Shown here piece after piece: positions 8,987 through 18,005 of a stretch of 64,000 nucleotides of DNA. Both the position numbers and the translations under genes were made by a program. Every line of letters starts with the position of its first letter. Within the stretch, counting starts at the first letter, position 1. Origin of the DNA: Methanobrevibacter sp. (GTDB lineage Archaea; Methanobacteriota; Methanobacteria; Methanobacteriales; Methanobacteriaceae); the NCBI GenBank assembly GCA_017460025.1, contig JAFUBV010000001.1, forward strand, positions 39,444-103,443, given 5' to 3'. Under the pieces are notes generated by a model. The model saw only the letters and a list, made by a program, of their open reading frames with translations. It was not told the DNA's origin and searched no databases.

Positions 8987-9213
8987 AAAGTATTGGAATA
9001 CTTTAAGGTGTTTGCACTAAACTTATTTTATTATTCCAATACTTATGTGGTGTTTGTTATTGTTTTTAGTGTGTTTGTGTGTAGTATGGTTTTGTTCACT
9101 GAATGTGAACATTTTATAACATCGTTATACTATAATATTATAAAAAAAATAACCTCATAAAAAAAATAATTATGAGGTTAACCTGCCTAAAAGGCAAAAG
9201 AAGTATTCCAATA
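8987..9213. repeat. Three TATTGGAATA sites (one direct, two inverted) between the recombinase genes; candidate att/operator/invertible element
   Basis: 13-bp IRs 8988-9000/9032-9044 and 8991-9003/9201-9213; palindrome AAAGTATT-GG-AATACTTT at 8987-9004. Confidence 0.55.
9142..9180 (-). terminator. Hairpin plus T-tract downstream of recombinase 2
   Basis: Perfect 11-bp IR TAACCTCATAA (9150-9160)/TTATGAGGTTA (9170-9180), followed by a T run on the minus strand. Confidence 0.55.
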
Positions 9214-9249
9214 AAAATAATATAATCATCATCATATAAAAAACTTAAC

Positions 9250-10287
9250 TCATAAAATATTCAACTCCTTACCCGACAAAAAAACATTCACAACAACAGT
9301 AAACTCCTGCTTAACCACATCAGAACTACCAACACTCCCCACCATCACATTACCCATAACATCCATATAAATCTTCTTCAAACGCTTAGGATTCGTCTTA
9401 ATATAAGTCTCATGAACAACATTCTTCGACCTACCCTGCAACGAATCAACATACTCAGCAGTCAAACCAATATTAGAAGCATGAAACTTACGCAAAGTAT
9501 GACTCCTAAAAAAACGATAATTACCTTTAAAACCCCAACCCATCTTATCATTAATCTCCTGAAACCTCAACAACAAATTAGAAGCACTAAAATCAAACAA
9601 CTTATCAGACAATTTCAAATCCTTCCTCGTTTTCAAATACTTCACTATATACAAAGAAGCTTCAGGACTACAAAAAGTATAATAATACTTATCAGTTTTA
9701 ATACGACGTAAATAAAAAGTAGGAACAACATTCTTCTTACGTTCTAATGTATCAAGAATATATTCTAAACTACCACCATTATGATAATCCCTAGTACCAT
9801 TAACAAACTGCTCAACAGTTAAAGACAAAGTCTCCTCCTTGACAGTACCCGAAGATGACATGAACAAAATAACAGCCTTCAAATCAATACTGCAAATATC
9901 TAAAGCCTGACGAATATGAAACTTAGTTGGAAGATCTAAATAATTAATCTCATAATCTTTATTATATTTAGCAACAGGAAGATTAGGAACTTCAATCTCA
10001 AAATGATTATAAACTGTTTTAACCTTCTGCAAATATGTTTTCAAAGTATTAGGAGACATATCACTATCAAAAAGATAATTACGATAATCCAACAATCTTT
10101 TCTTAAGTTTCCTATCTTTCAAAGGAACCTTCTGTTTTTCTTCAAAATTAGCTTCATCTATTAATTCACTTAAAGATTTCTTCTGCACTTTCAAATAATG
10201 TTGGATGGCAGATTGATAACCTTTTCGTGTGCTTTCTTTGATATGTCGTTCTTTGCAGAACTTTTCGAATAATTTTTCATTATACAT
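9250..10287 (-). CDS. Tyrosine recombinase 2 (paralogue of recombinase 1; first catalytic Arg replaced by Lys)
   Basis: SSGTVKEETL, KTDKYYYTF, HTLRKF, LQGRSK...Y; aligns along its length with 7771-8919. Confidence 0.88.
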   Translation of the reverse strand: MYNEKLFEKFCKERHIKESTRKGYQSAIQHYLKVQKKSLSELIDEANFEEKQKVPLKDRKLKKRLLDYRNYLFDSDMSPNTLKTYLQKVKTVYNHFEIEVPNLPVAKYNKDYEINYLDLPTKFHIRQALDICSIDLKAVILFMSSSGTVKEETLSLTVEQFVNGTRDYHNGGSLEYILDTLERKKNVVPTFYLRRIKTDKYYYTFCSPEASLYIVKYLKTRKDLKLSDKLFDFSASNLLLRFQEINDKMGWGFKGNYRFFRSHTLRKFHASNIGLTAEYVDSLQGRSKNVVHETYIKTNPKRLKKIYMDVMGNVMVGSVGSSDVVKQEFTVVVNVFLSGKELNIL

Positions 10288-10516
10288 AAAAAAGATTATA
10301 TTAAAATTTAAATAAAAAAATAGGGAGGATTTTATTTAAAATCCCCCCATATATTTTTTTACCTCATCTCAACATTAATATATTATATTCTTTTTCTTAT
10401 TTTATAGTGATTTAGTGATTAGTAACTTATTTTACTTATATTATTATGTGTATTTAAAATTTTTAAGAAAAAATATAATAGATAAAACAATGCATCACAG
10501 ATGAAAAAAAAGAATG

Positions 10517-10699
10517 TTATTGTACGAAATCCTCATATAATTTGTCTTCCAAATCATCAGGAATATCATACTTATTACGAAGACTATTTAACTCAACTTG
10601 TTTATCTAAAACTTCATCAGTCAAACCTTCTTCAGCAAACTTCTTATTCAATGCTTCCTGCCTAAGCTGAATATCAACTTTCAATTTCTCTATATTCAT
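10517..10699 (-). CDS. Small hypothetical protein
   Basis: ORF overlapping the HNH gene end. Confidence 0.6.
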   Translation of the reverse strand: MNIEKLKVDIQLRQEALNKKFAEEGLTDEVLDKQVELNSLRNKYDIPDDLEDKLYEDFVQ

Positions 10700-11387
10700 T
10701 TAAATCAATCCATTCTAAATTTTTAGCTAATACTTTTTCTTTTAATTTATTAATGTCAACACTTTTAATTTCTTTTCGTTTACCATTATCATCCACATAA
10801 ATATAACGATATCTATATCCTTTCCTATTATTATAAGAATACTCTTTAGAAACTCTATAAAATCCAGTTTCATTCTTTGCTTTAGATAATGATATTTTAT
10901 GGTTCATGTTAAATTTTTTCCCATAATTCGGATTATTTTCACCAGAAAAATGTAATTTTGAATGTTCAGAACTACAAATTAACTGAAGATTAGATATGTT
11001 ATTATTTAATTTGTTTTTATCAATATGGTGTATATGATAACCTTCAGGTATTTTACCATAATGTTTTGACCATACTACCCTATGATACATTCTGGTTTTA
11101 TCAGGGCAATATATAATCATATAACCCTCTTTATTAAAACCACATCTTCCAAATTCTGTTTCAAAAGTTTCCTGATAAAATTTTAATTCCAAATTTGAAA
11201 TATCAAAGTTTTTTTTATTACCGTCTTTGAAAACAATATATGAATGTTCAGGTTTTTCACCATAATATTCTTCCCATACTAAATGATGAACAAATTTCTT
11301 ATGATTATTTTCTTTTCTGCTGGTTATACGGTAGCCTCTTTTTTCATCAAAAGATGCTGACCCATATTTGGTTCTTATTTTACTCAT
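10674..11387 (-). CDS. HNH homing endonuclease (two HNH-like modules)
   Basis: HHLVW...DGNKKNFDISNL and YHRVVW...IHHIDKNKLNNNISNL; start set at ATG 11387. Confidence 0.85.
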   Translation of the reverse strand: MSKIRTKYGSASFDEKRGYRITSRKENNHKKFVHHLVWEEYYGEKPEHSYIVFKDGNKKNFDISNLELKFYQETFETEFGRCGFNKEGYMIIYCPDKTRMYHRVVWSKHYGKIPEGYHIHHIDKNKLNNNISNLQLICSSEHSKLHFSGENNPNYGKKFNMNHKISLSKAKNETGFYRVSKEYSYNNRKGYRYRYIYVDDNGKRKEIKSVDINKLKEKVLAKNLEWIDLNEYREIES

Positions 11388-11500
11388 AGTTATCGCCCTT
11401 TTACTTTTTTTAAAAATCACCCATCTTTGATAGGCGATGTAGATAGGCTGAGTAAAAGAAAACCTACCTACAATCATAATTATTTGTTATCTTAATATAA

Positions 11501-12640
11501 TTAATTTATGGTTAATATTGCTACACTTTTCTGACTTATACCATTAATATATGATTGCTGGGTGCTTTTCGACCTGTTTTCAATATATCCACAGTAAGCC
11601 GGATAACTACAATATGAACCTAAACTGTTTAATATTGTTAAAGTATCCCCTACACTTTTAATTACTTCATAATGACCGTATTTATCGCGATAACTTAAGT
11701 GAAAGAACAATGCTCCATTATTAATGGCATGTTGTATTTCATCCCAAGTCATTTCACTTTTATTTTTCCAGATCATTTTTAGATTGTAACCATATTTTTT
11801 ATTAAACCATGCGAGACCTGTTTCTAGGCCTTGATGGCTGGTACCTGCTGAAGTGGTTCCGCAGACACTAGCTAATGTTGCTTCGGATAATTCAATACCT
11901 GTTAAACGATAGATACATTGCATCAGGCTGTGGGGTCCGCAACGAACACCATTGGTTTGGCCGAGTTTTCCTCCACCCTGAACGGTAATATATTGATATA
12001 ATTTAGCAGGTGTTGGTTCAGGTGTAGGCGTAGGTTCAGGTTCCGGTTCATTAACAACAATAATATTATCCACACTAGAAGCCAAATGAGTATCATTACC
12101 ACTAAAAACACTATTAACAGGATACTTACCAGGACCAAGATTAATATTCAACCTTGCCAAACCATCAGCACCAATTTCACGAACATAATTAACATTATTC
12201 ACAGTAATAGTGACAGTACCACCCACACGACCAACATCATCATAAACAGCACACATATACTGCGTACCATCCTTATAAATCATATTAACATCAGTACCTT
12301 CCATACGAGTAGCTTTTTTCTGAGCTTTAATAGTAATATGTGCAAATGCAGTGGCAAGATTATAATCATCATCACTGAAAGAAATTAAAGGAGTGTATTC
12401 TCCAGGACCAAGATTAATATTCAATCTAGCCACACCATCACTATCGGTTTTACGAATATAATCTTTTCCATTAACATTAAATCTAACATCTCTATCAGTT
12501 AAAGCAGTTTTACCATCATATAAAGCAACTTCTAACTGGTCTTTTTCACCATAAGTTTTAATTAAATCATAAGTGATTAAATGTGCATCTTTTTTATTAT
12601 TACTAAATAATTCTTTTAAAAAATCAAAAAATCCCATCAA
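11501..12640 (-). CDS. Putative endolysin: two adhesin-type Ig-like repeats, PT linker and C39-like cysteine peptidase (PeiR-like pseudomurein endopeptidase)
   Basis: DG(V/L)ARLNINLGPG(E/K)Y twice; PEPTPTPEP linker; Q....CGPHS, GHYE, NSLG catalytic pattern. Confidence 0.8.
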   Translation of the reverse strand: MMGFFDFLKELFSNNKKDAHLITYDLIKTYGEKDQLEVALYDGKTALTDRDVRFNVNGKDYIRKTDSDGVARLNINLGPGEYTPLISFSDDDYNLATAFAHITIKAQKKATRMEGTDVNMIYKDGTQYMCAVYDDVGRVGGTVTITVNNVNYVREIGADGLARLNINLGPGKYPVNSVFSGNDTHLASSVDNIIVVNEPEPEPTPTPEPTPAKLYQYITVQGGGKLGQTNGVRCGPHSLMQCIYRLTGIELSEATLASVCGTTSAGTSHQGLETGLAWFNKKYGYNLKMIWKNKSEMTWDEIQHAINNGALFFHLSYRDKYGHYEVIKSVGDTLTILNSLGSYCSYPAYCGYIENRSKSTQQSYINGISQKSVAILTIN

Positions 12641-12656
12641 AAAATCCTCCCTTTTT

Positions 12657-12791
12657 TTATTTCATTACATAATGGTCATTTTTTCTAGCTTTCAAAATGC
12701 ATCTTCTACCTACAATGTAACAACATTTTTCTAGGTCATGATCACAAGTTTGTCTTTGACAACAACCATCACATTCAACTATTTTTTTCAT
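12657..12791 (-). CDS. Small Cys-rich protein (44 aa, MKKIVECDGCCQRQTC...)
   Basis: Read manually; ATGA overlap with the upstream gene; 7 Cys. Confidence 0.45.
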   Translation of the reverse strand: MKKIVECDGCCQRQTCDHDLEKCCYIVGRRCILKARKNDHYVMK

Positions 12792-13051
12792 TTTACCACG
12801 ATTTCAGCTTCTTCTTCAAGAACAATTGCTTTAACAGTACACTCTTCTTGTTCGGTGAATCCGCAGATACCAATACCTTTTATGTCAGTGATGGTTTTAG
12901 CTAGAAGATTTCCATTTTTTTCAAATGTGATTGGTTTTTGCGGTTGGTCTGTTTCAGCTGTGATTTCGATTATTTCGATAGTAGTTTCATTTTCGTTTTC
13001 GTCTTCGAATTTTTCTTCTTTTTTTTCAAATTTTAATTGTATCATAATCAT
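12788..13051 (-). CDS. Small acidic hypothetical protein
   Basis: GAGG RBS; ORF. Confidence 0.6.
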   Translation of the reverse strand: MIMIQLKFEKKEEKFEDENENETTIEIIEITAETDQPQKPITFEKNGNLLAKTITDIKGIGICGFTEQEECTVKAIVLEEEAEIVVK

Positions 13052-13115
13052 ACCTCGGTAATTTTTTTTCTGTTGAGTTTTGTATGAGAAATGAATCTGA
13101 TTATATTTTGGTTCA

Positions 13116-13568
13116 GTGAAAGATACAGCTAATTTATTAAACCATAGTCAATGGAGTGCTGGCGACTATGATAACACAAATATATATAATACTTTAAACA
13201 CTATTAGAACTACCAATGCATTTTACACTAATGAATATTCTGGAATTGGAGAATACTCTATCAAAATGATAAAACAAGCAGCAACTGGAGCATATTGCAG
13301 GGTAAAATATAATAATAGTATTCATAATAAAACTGTTGTCGCATCAGCAGCAATTAAAACAAATAATTATAATTCACAGTTAATTTTATTAGAAATTAAA
13401 AATGATACTATAATTCAACAAGAAACGGTAGTTATACCAGCAAATACTGAAGGAATTTTCACTGTTTCGTTAGTTGCTGGAAATGATAATGATTCTTTTA
13501 TTATTCAATTTAATAATTTAGGTCCTATTGATTCTTTTATACATGTTGATGATGTTTGCTTAATTTAA
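13116..13568 (+). CDS. Silent tail-fibre C-terminal cassette A (CBM-like domain), inverted
   Basis: VKDTANLL...WSAGDY...IGEYS...VDDV; homologous to the fibre C-terminus; begins at GTGAAAGATAC. Confidence 0.82.
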   Translation: MKDTANLLNHSQWSAGDYDNTNIYNTLNTIRTTNAFYTNEYSGIGEYSIKMIKQAATGAYCRVKYNNSIHNKTVVASAAIKTNNYNSQLILLEIKNDTIIQQETVVIPANTEGIFTVSLVAGNDNDSFIIQFNNLGPIDSFIHVDDVCLI

Positions 13569-13573
13569 AGTTA

Positions 13574-14038
13574 GTGAAAGAAAACCAAAACTTGATGGAC
13601 ATCAACTTATGGAGTGGTGGCGAATACAATAACACCCTAAACAATATACAATGCAATCAAGATAATCAAAAAGTAATAATATCTGACGAATACTCTATTA
13701 ATGGTGAAACATCATTCAAGATAATGCGTGGTGGAGGAACAGGATATAATTGGACTCGATTCAGAGTTCCGTGCACAGAAACGGGAAAAACAATGACTGT
13801 GAAATGTAGAATATATTCACCTAACGCATCAGCAGACATATGGTTGTGTGATATGAATGGTGGATCAACCGAAGGAGAACGTACAAGTATTAGAGTGTAT
13901 CCATCAAAGAATGTAATGGAAATAAGTTTAACATATACTGGGAAATTAACTACTTTAACCCATTATGCATTACGTATTAACTTATTAAATGATGATACAT
14001 ACTTATTCGTTGATGATTTAAGTTTAACGAGTAGTTAA
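13574..14038 (+). CDS. Silent tail-fibre C-terminal cassette B (CBM-like domain), inverted
   Basis: VKENQNLM...WSGGEY...NGETSF...FVDDL; begins at GTGAAAGA. Confidence 0.8.
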   Translation: MKENQNLMDINLWSGGEYNNTLNNIQCNQDNQKVIISDEYSINGETSFKIMRGGGTGYNWTRFRVPCTETGKTMTVKCRIYSPNASADIWLCDMNGGSTEGERTSIRVYPSKNVMEISLTYTGKLTTLTHYALRINLLNDDTYLFVDDLSLTSS

Positions 14039-14464
14039 TCTAATATTATCAATATAAAATAATGCATCAGCACTACGAGTTAATAATGTGGCTTGTACTT
14101 GTTGAGTACTTGATATTGTACGTGAAACCGTGAATTCACCTGTACTGCCTGCAGGAATGTTTACATCAGTCATTAAATTAGTGGATATTTCTTGAAGTCT
14201 TAATTGTATTGTTCCTCTTATGACTTTAATATTTGCTTGTAAAGTAAGGACACTGTTTATTTCTCGGGAAGCACGGTTAATTATGAAATTGGTTGCGTCT
14301 GCACTTTTACTTCTTATTCTGAAACTTGTTTCACCGATATATGACCATTCATTGCTTATTATTATTTCATGATTTGCATTTGTACGGTATATTCCGCTTA
14401 AGTCATTACTATATTCTCCTGCACTATATGGATTATAATCAAGTAAGTTAGTTGTATCTTTCAC
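14024..14464 (-). CDS. Tail-fibre C-terminal cassette C (CBM-like domain)
   Basis: VKDTTNLL...YSAGEY...IGETSF...YIDNI; begins at GTGAAAGATAC, overlapping the fibre stop codon. Confidence 0.82.
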   Translation of the reverse strand: MKDTTNLLDYNPYSAGEYSNDLSGIYRTNANHEIIISNEWSYIGETSFRIRSKSADATNFIINRASREINSVLTLQANIKVIRGTIQLRLQEISTNLMTDVNIPAGSTGEFTVSRTISSTQQVQATLLTRSADALFYIDNIRLTTR

Positions 14465-16026
14465 TGAATTAACTCTAATTTTATATTATCAATATAAATA
14501 TATCCTGTGAAAACATTCCATCTACACAGTAATGAAGTGTAATCTCCTGAATTAATAGTAACACTTACGTTTTGGGGTTTATTTGATGCATAAATAGTGA
14601 TATAATTATATTCCCCACCATTTTGTTGAATTAACATATTTACTCTTGATACTGGTGCGTAAATGGATGCTGATAATTTATAATTTTTATTTTTTTCAAC
14701 ATCGACTGATAATGTAGTATAAGCTTTTACAGAACTAGTATTATTTATTAGTTTTAAACTGTTTTCACCAATATCCGAATAAATTTTAGTTATTTCATAA
14801 ATGTTATTTGATGATTCGTAAAAACCATCAATATTATTTGAATATTCTCCTGCTGACCAAACATTATGTCTAAACAGGTTTTCTGTATCTTTCACAAACA
14901 CTGATAATATATTACTTCTCACAACAGAACCATTAATCGTAGCTTCAGCATACATATAATGAATACCCACACCAAGATTCTCACATGAAATATCGGTTAA
15001 TTTAATAGCATGATCAATCATAGTGTATCCAGTCATACTATTTCCACTGTTTGTAGAAGAAGTACCTAATACTGTTCCGTCTAATAATTTAAAAGTAACT
15101 GATTGAGTAGTACTTTCTTGTTTCACACCATTTTTATAAACTTCACAATACAAATCCATACCTTTGGTGTTTTCAGCAGGTAATTTATCTGAACTTGTCT
15201 GAGAGTATTGTACTTGTGCAGGAAGATACACACCAGTTAATTTTAATGAATAATACTCTTTATTATAAAAGCTAACAAAAGGACTTGGTATATTAGCTGC
15301 AGTCATGAGGTTAGCATTATTTATAAAATCTAATACCCTTCCAATGTTAATACGGTCTTTTTCAGTGAACCCTACAATTTTTGATTGAGTATCAGCAGCA
15401 TTTTGTTTAGCATCCAAAGCAGTAAACAAACCGCCACTAGTAACAGCATTATTGGAAGCATCAACAGGTGCTGCATCTAATTGAACTAAACCTTTAGCAC
15501 TAGTAGAAGCATTAGTATCAGGGATTTTGATTGTGCGGTCTGTAACACTGGTAACATGACCCATATTATCTGTTGCCACTTGAGAAACAGTAGCAGTACC
15601 CCCAAAACTTGGTGTTTGGTTAGCAGTAGGCTTACCTGTTAAAGCATTACTTATAGTATTATGATTTACTGTGGTTCCAGATTTACTTAAACCGGTTCCT
15701 GCAGTATCTAATTTACCACTAATATCTTGATGAGTAACTTTGTTTGCAGGTAATTTACTAATTGTTTTTAAGTTATTTGATGCGTCTGTAACAGCAATCT
15801 TATTAACTGTAGTAATATCACTGTTCAAAGTACCTGCATTCGCTAAACTACCATGTGTATGACTTGAAGCGGCACGACTTGTATCTGTTGGGTGAACATG
15901 GTCTTCTCTTGCAACATTTTCACTTGTACCTGCACTTTGAGTTCCATTCATTTTAATTTGTGATGCTGTTGAACCTAATTGGGTTCTGAACCATTCTTTT
16001 ATGTTTGCTGTAAATCTTGTAACCAT
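14461..16026 (-). CDS. Tail fibre/receptor-binding protein with exchangeable C-terminal CBM-like domain (cassette D, 14461-14895)
   Basis: Fibre motifs (AREDHVHP, HTHG, KGLVQL); C-terminus VKDTENLF...WSAGEY...YIDNI. Confidence 0.85.
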   Translation of the reverse strand: MVTRFTANIKEWFRTQLGSTASQIKMNGTQSAGTSENVAREDHVHPTDTSRAASSHTHGSLANAGTLNSDITTVNKIAVTDASNNLKTISKLPANKVTHQDISGKLDTAGTGLSKSGTTVNHNTISNALTGKPTANQTPSFGGTATVSQVATDNMGHVTSVTDRTIKIPDTNASTSAKGLVQLDAAPVDASNNAVTSGGLFTALDAKQNAADTQSKIVGFTEKDRINIGRVLDFINNANLMTAANIPSPFVSFYNKEYYSLKLTGVYLPAQVQYSQTSSDKLPAENTKGMDLYCEVYKNGVKQESTTQSVTFKLLDGTVLGTSSTNSGNSMTGYTMIDHAIKLTDISCENLGVGIHYMYAEATINGSVVRSNILSVFVKDTENLFRHNVWSAGEYSNNIDGFYESSNNIYEITKIYSDIGENSLKLINNTSSVKAYTTLSVDVEKNKNYKLSASIYAPVSRVNMLIQQNGGEYNYITIYASNKPQNVSVTINSGDYTSLLCRWNVFTGYIYIDNIKLELIQ

Positions 16027-16148
16027 ATTAACGATTCCTCCTTAAAAAAAATAATGATCTTGAATAAAAATTAAAATATTAAAATTTGTGAATAAAAATG
16101 AAAAAAGAAAAAAAAGAGAATAGGTAAGAAAATTTAAATATTTTCTTT

Positions 16149-17303
16149 TTATTCTCCTGAGGTTTCCCCTACTTCAATTGTTAAAATACCTGTGGTGGTG
16201 TCGAATGATACATCAATATCTGATGCTTCTAGTTTACTGTCTAATTCATCAGTGACAGCAGTTGCTAATTTTGCACGGGTTACTCCACCATTTTTAATGC
16301 TGAAAGTATTGTTCTGACTGTTTAATTCTAATGTAGAATTATCTGCATTGTATGTGTCGATTAAATCATTTACTGGTAAAATTAAATCAGTTGGGTCGTC
16401 TGATTCTTGAGTGTTGACAATGAAGAGTATGTATTTGTCACCAGTGTTTAAACCAGCAGCTGATTCTTCTTCGGATGGTGTTGCACCAACAGTTTCCAAT
16501 GTTGCGGATTTGACAAGATAATCTTTAGGTATATTAATTTTACTACCGACTTGTGTACCGTTTTGTTTTACAACATACGTTGCAGTGTAATTAGAGTCAG
16601 CGGTTGCTTGTTTTTCAACTGTTACAACCCCACCAAGGTCGGATAAAGTTGGTTTGTTTGATAAATCAGCATAACTACCACTAGTTGCTACAGTTGCAAG
16701 GTCAGATGAATCTGCTTTAGCATCCAATTCATCTTGAAGGTCAGTGACATCACTTATTGCATGACTGTGGCTGGATGCTGCTTTTCCAGCTAAACCATCA
16801 TATACTGCTTTTGCAGAAGGATATTGAGTATCAGTGGAGGATGCGGTTAAACTAGTTACTTTATTAGATGAATCTTCTTTACCAGAAACATCTGATGCAA
16901 CAAGATAACCAGAATCATTAGTTAATTCAGATACAGCAGTAGGAATATCTGCAGTGTCTGCTTTATCAGCTAATTCATCATAGACTAATTTAGCAGATGG
17001 GTATTGATCATCAGTTGAAGCGGAAGATAAAGTGGTTACTTTGTTAGATTTATCTTCTTTACCTGTGATAGATTGATGTTCAGTTAAAAAACCACTATCA
17101 TTAGTTAACTCTGAAGTTTTAGTTGGGATATCAGAAGTATCTGCTTTACCATTCAACATGGTGTCTATTTCAGTTTCTGTATAGTATATGTCACCGTGTT
17201 CGTGTGATGCATCTGCTTTACCATTCATCATGGTGTCTACTTCATCTTTATCATATACTAAGCTTTTAATAAAATTTTTAATATTTACTGTAAATTTAGC
17301 CAT
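16149..17303 (-). CDS. Tail fibre-like repeat protein
   Basis: Repeats IPT..SELTNDSG, KED.SNKVT....STD.QYPSAK, H.H..SDVTDLQ. Confidence 0.75.
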   Translation of the reverse strand: MAKFTVNIKNFIKSLVYDKDEVDTMMNGKADASHEHGDIYYTETEIDTMLNGKADTSDIPTKTSELTNDSGFLTEHQSITGKEDKSNKVTTLSSASTDDQYPSAKLVYDELADKADTADIPTAVSELTNDSGYLVASDVSGKEDSSNKVTSLTASSTDTQYPSAKAVYDGLAGKAASSHSHAISDVTDLQDELDAKADSSDLATVATSGSYADLSNKPTLSDLGGVVTVEKQATADSNYTATYVVKQNGTQVGSKINIPKDYLVKSATLETVGATPSEEESAAGLNTGDKYILFIVNTQESDDPTDLILPVNDLIDTYNADNSTLELNSQNNTFSIKNGGVTRAKLATAVTDELDSKLEASDIDVSFDTTTGILTIEVGETSGE

Positions 17304-17341
17304 ATAAGTTTCCCTCAAAAAAAAGATTTAATTTGTTTTTT

Positions 17342-17962
17342 TTATTTTTCGAAAGTCAATTCACCAGTACTGAAATCAAAATCAAGGTTTTTAATATAAC
17401 CTTCTTCTTCAAGAAAAGCTTTAATTTCAGTTTTAGTTACTATATCTTGTATCAACTCGTTTAATTGAGCTTCATCTACAAAACTATTTAAACAAACACT
17501 ATCAACCAGTTTATCATTATTGTAACATTGTAGGCATTTATCTACTACTACCATGCTGTCAATAACATTGTCCAAGCGATCGAAAATATCGACGAAAATG
17601 TCTTTTTCATCATGACCGCAGTTATTTGTGTGATGATGGTGTTTTGTGTAACCACTACTCATTAATGGTATTGTAACATTGTTTGTAGTGATTAGGTCTC
17701 CGCCGTAGACGGTGATTTTGAAAAAAGTACCTGTTAAACAACTGTCTGGTACAATACAACTACATAAATCTGCTTTTCCCAGATGTATGGTTGTTTTGTT
17801 TCCCCATGAATCTGTGAATATTGCGAATTTGTTTACATCATGCCATAATGATCCTTGGAAACAGAATGATGTTTTCACAATATTTTTTGATTTTGCTATG
17901 AGGGTTGTTTTGTCGGTTCTTTCGAGTAGTTGATCAGTTACTGTATATTCGGTTTTAATCAC
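17342..17962 (-). CDS. Baseplate/fibre-attachment protein (BppU-like N-terminal domain)
   Basis: F.F....W.....AIF...C.VP...L pattern; fibre cluster context. Confidence 0.5.
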   Translation of the reverse strand: MIKTEYTVTDQLLERTDKTTLIAKSKNIVKTSFCFQGSLWHDVNKFAIFTDSWGNKTTIHLGKADLCSCIVPDSCLTGTFFKITVYGGDLITTNNVTIPLMSSGYTKHHHHTNNCGHDEKDIFVDIFDRLDNVIDSMVVVDKCLQCYNNDKLVDSVCLNSFVDEAQLNELIQDIVTKTEIKAFLEEEGYIKNLDFDFSTGELTFEK

Positions 17963-18005
17963 AAGATATCATCCTCCAAAGATAATAACATATTTTTTTT
18001 TGAAT

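Larger units (their letters stand above)
13112..14895. repeat. Four putative shufflon crossover sites: GTGAAAGA(TAC) at 13116(+), 13574(+), 14464(-), 14895(-)
   Basis: 16-bp perfect IR TTCAGTGAAAGATACA 13112-13127/14453-14468; 13-bp IR GTGAAAGATACAG 13116-13128/14883-14895. Confidence 0.8.

Noticed and set aside
8909-9160. 83-aa hydrophobic + strand ORF between the recombinases
   Set aside because: Arises from the T/G-rich composition; overlaps the recombinase start and the repeats; no RBS
13116-16026. Diversity-generating retroelement acting on the fibre tip
   Set aside because: No reverse transcriptase in the window; cassettes differ throughout rather than only at adenines, with no TR/VR pair seen
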